The notes beneath the pieces were generated by a model that made no database searches, was not told the origin of the DNA, and saw only the letters and a program-made list of their open reading frames with translations. Shown here piece after piece: positions 62,490-64,000 of a DNA stretch of 64,000 bases. Made by a program: the position numbers and the translations under genes. The stretch covers positions 77,622-141,621 of the forward strand of contig JACQWY010000002.1 of the NCBI GenBank assembly GCA_016209015.1. Reading direction: 5' to 3'. Source of the stretch: Gammaproteobacteria bacterium (GTDB lineage: Bacteria; Pseudomonadota; Gammaproteobacteria; Ga0077536). How positions within the stretch are numbered: the first letter of the stretch is position 1; every line of letters begins with the position of its first letter.

Positions 62490-64000
62490 GGCGCCCCGAG
62501 CGTCGCCGGTCGGGCGGGCGTGAGCCAGACGAGCGTGCAGATCGCCGTGCCAATCGCGGCCGCGAGCGCGAGCCACCAGTGATGCGCGAGCAGGGCCGCG
62601 AAGCCCGCGAGCATGACGAGTGCGGTCACGAGCGGCAGCAGGGAGTCCTCCGGCATGTGCACGGAGCCGTCGGGCTCGGCGTCGAGCGGCGTCGTGCGCA
62701 GGATCTCGCGGCCGTGATCGAGGGCCGGGCCGACGCGCGTCGAGGAGCGTTCGCCGGTTTCGTCGAGGCGGTTCTCCCACAGCGGATGGCGGCTTGCGAC
62801 CGTCGGGATGACGAGGAAGTTGTAGGGCGGCGGCGGTGAGGACGTCGCCCACTCGAGCGTCGGCGCGTCCCAGGGATTCGGCCCGGCGATCGCGCCGGAC
62901 TTCAGGCTCCTGATCACGTTCACGACGACGAGCAGCACGCCGAGGGCGACGACGAACGCGCCGATGCTCGTCAGCATGTTGAGCCCGTCCCAGCCGACGC
63001 CGGCGGGATAGGTGTAGATCCGCCGCGGCATGCCGAGCAGGCCCGTGAGGTGCATCGGCAGGAACGCGACGTTGAATCCGGTGAACGTGATCCAGAAGCT
63101 CCAGCGGCCGAGGCGCTCGCTCATGAGCCGGCCCGTCATCTTCGGGAACCAGAAGTGGATGCCGCCGAGCACCGGGAAGACGTTGATCCCGAGCAGCACG
63201 TAGTGGATGTGCGCGACGACGAAGTAGGTGTCCGTGAGCTGCCAGTCGAGCGGCACGGCGGCCGTCATGAAACCCGAGACGCCGCCGACGACGAACAGGA
63301 ACACGAAGCCTGCGAAATAGAGGAACGGTGTCGCGCGCACCGGCCGGCCCGTCCAGATCGTCGCGATCCAGGCGAAGACCGCGACGGCCGAGGGGATGAC
63401 GATCGCCATGCTCGCCGCGCTGAAGAACGACAGGCCGAGGGGCGGGATGCCGGTCGCGAACATGTGATGCAGCCAGACGCCGAAGCCGAGCACGATCGTC
63501 GCGACCGTCGACAGCGCGACCGCGGTGTAGCCCACGAGCGGGCGGCGGCAGAATACGGGCAGCGCGTCCGAGACGATGCCCATCGCCGGCAGCACGATCG
63601 CATACACCCAGGGATGGCCGAACATCCAGAACAGGTGCTGCCAGAGCAGCGGGCGGCCGTTCTGCTCGACGTCGAAGAAGTGCGTGCCGAACTGGCGATC
63701 GAGCCACAGCATGAGGAAGGCGAGGCTCACCGCCGGCACTGCGGCAAGGTTGCCGAAAGACGCCGTCAGCGTGCCCCACACCATGATCGGCACGCGATTG
63801 ACAGACATGCCCGGCGCACGCGTCTTGAACAGCGAGACGATGAAGTTCACGGCACCGACCGTCGTCGAGATCCCGAAGAACACCATGCCGAGCGCGTAGA
63901 TATCGATGTTCGGCCCCGGATCGTAGGCGCGCGAGGTGTAGGGCACGTAGTTGAACCAGCCCGCATCGGGCCCGTGTCCCGTGACGAAGCCCACGTAGAT
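62486..64000 (-). CDS. ctaD: Cytochrome c oxidase subunit I (heme-copper oxidase catalytic subunit), N-terminus beyond window; unusual ~60-aa hydrophobic C-terminal extension
   Basis: WFFGHPEVY-type region appears here as MFGHPWVYAIVLP. His ligands: VVAHIHYVLL, GGIHFWFPK, WQHLFWMFGHP. The extension is LLPLVTALVMLAGFAALLAHHWWLALAAAIGTAICTLVW. Confidence 0.85.
   Translation of the reverse strand: MYVGFVTGHGPDAGWFNYVPYTSRAYDPGPNIDIYALGMVFFGISTTVGAVNFIVSLFKTRAPGMSVNRVPIMVWGTLTASFGNLAAVPAVSLAFLMLWLDRQFGTHFFDVEQNGRPLLWQHLFWMFGHPWVYAIVLPAMGIVSDALPVFCRRPLVGYTAVALSTVATIVLGFGVWLHHMFATGIPPLGLSFFSAASMAIVIPSAVAVFAWIATIWTGRPVRATPFLYFAGFVFLFVVGGVSGFMTAAVPLDWQLTDTYFVVAHIHYVLLGINVFPVLGGIHFWFPKMTGRLMSERLGRWSFWITFTGFNVAFLPMHLTGLLGMPRRIYTYPAGVGWDGLNMLTSIGAFVVALGVLLVVVNVIRSLKSGAIAGPNPWDAPTLEWATSSPPPPYNFLVIPTVASRHPLWENRLDETGERSSTRVGPALDHGREILRTTPLDAEPDGSVHMPEDSLLPLVTALVMLAGFAALLAHHWWLALAAAIGTAICTLVWLTPARPATLGAP

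Noticed and set aside
1-64000. CRISPR array, prophage or integrase, rRNA
   Set aside because: I found no regularly spaced short direct repeats. No integrase, transposase or phage structural genes were recognised, and no rRNA-like low-GC conserved stretches. The only mobile-like features are the miniature palindromic repeats listed above.

Overview
High-GC (about 68-70%) proteobacterial chromosomal segment. I cannot run searches, so the taxonomic impression (gammaproteobacterium, possibly Xanthomonadales-like) is a guess.

Contents in order:
- 5'-truncated PQQ-type beta-propeller gene.
- Stand-alone bacteriohemerythrin.
- Ser/Thr kinase transcribed divergently from a Pil-Chp type IV pilus chemosensory operon (pilG-pilH-pilI-pilJ-chpA).
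- Minus-strand operon built around a giant (~1924 aa) multicopper oxidase with a C-terminal array of FN3-like repeats. It is followed by a small secreted protein, an FKBP/Mip-type PPIase, a c-type cytochrome, a SCO1/SenC copper chaperone and another secreted protein. This resembles the mofABC Mn(II)-oxidase operon logic.
- Divergent hemerythrin-GGDEF diguanylate cyclase.
- A putative catabolic island: AMP-dependent synthetase, TetR, luciferase-like monooxygenase, a three-subunit xanthine-dehydrogenase-family Mo-hydroxylase, and a MalT-like LuxR regulator.
- Lipoprotein, two acyl-CoA dehydrogenases, a P-loop NTPase, a PAS-rich hybrid histidine kinase, hflKC, maeB, a VOC dioxygenase-like gene, isochorismatase, SDR, and an alpha/beta hydrolase.
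- A purple acid phosphatase interrupted by one in-frame TAA.
- An HtrA-like protease divergent from three tandem Hsp20 genes with a sigma32-like promoter.
- TauE exporter, GlcG-like secreted protein, membrane proteins, and the start of a cytochrome c oxidase operon (coxI partial, coxIII, small membrane subunit).

Beyond the genes, the window carries several families of structured intergenic repeats:
- A MITE-like palindromic element flanking maeB. A 54-bp variant of it is inserted in-frame inside the hydrolase gene.
- A ~100-bp element found immediately after stop codons at two loci.
- GGAAGCTCTGA/TTCAGAGCTTCC palindromes.
- A 400-bp convergent intergenic region made of six consecutive hairpins.

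No CRISPR array, rRNA or convincing tRNA was seen. Coordinates obtained by hand counting may be off by 1-2 nt.
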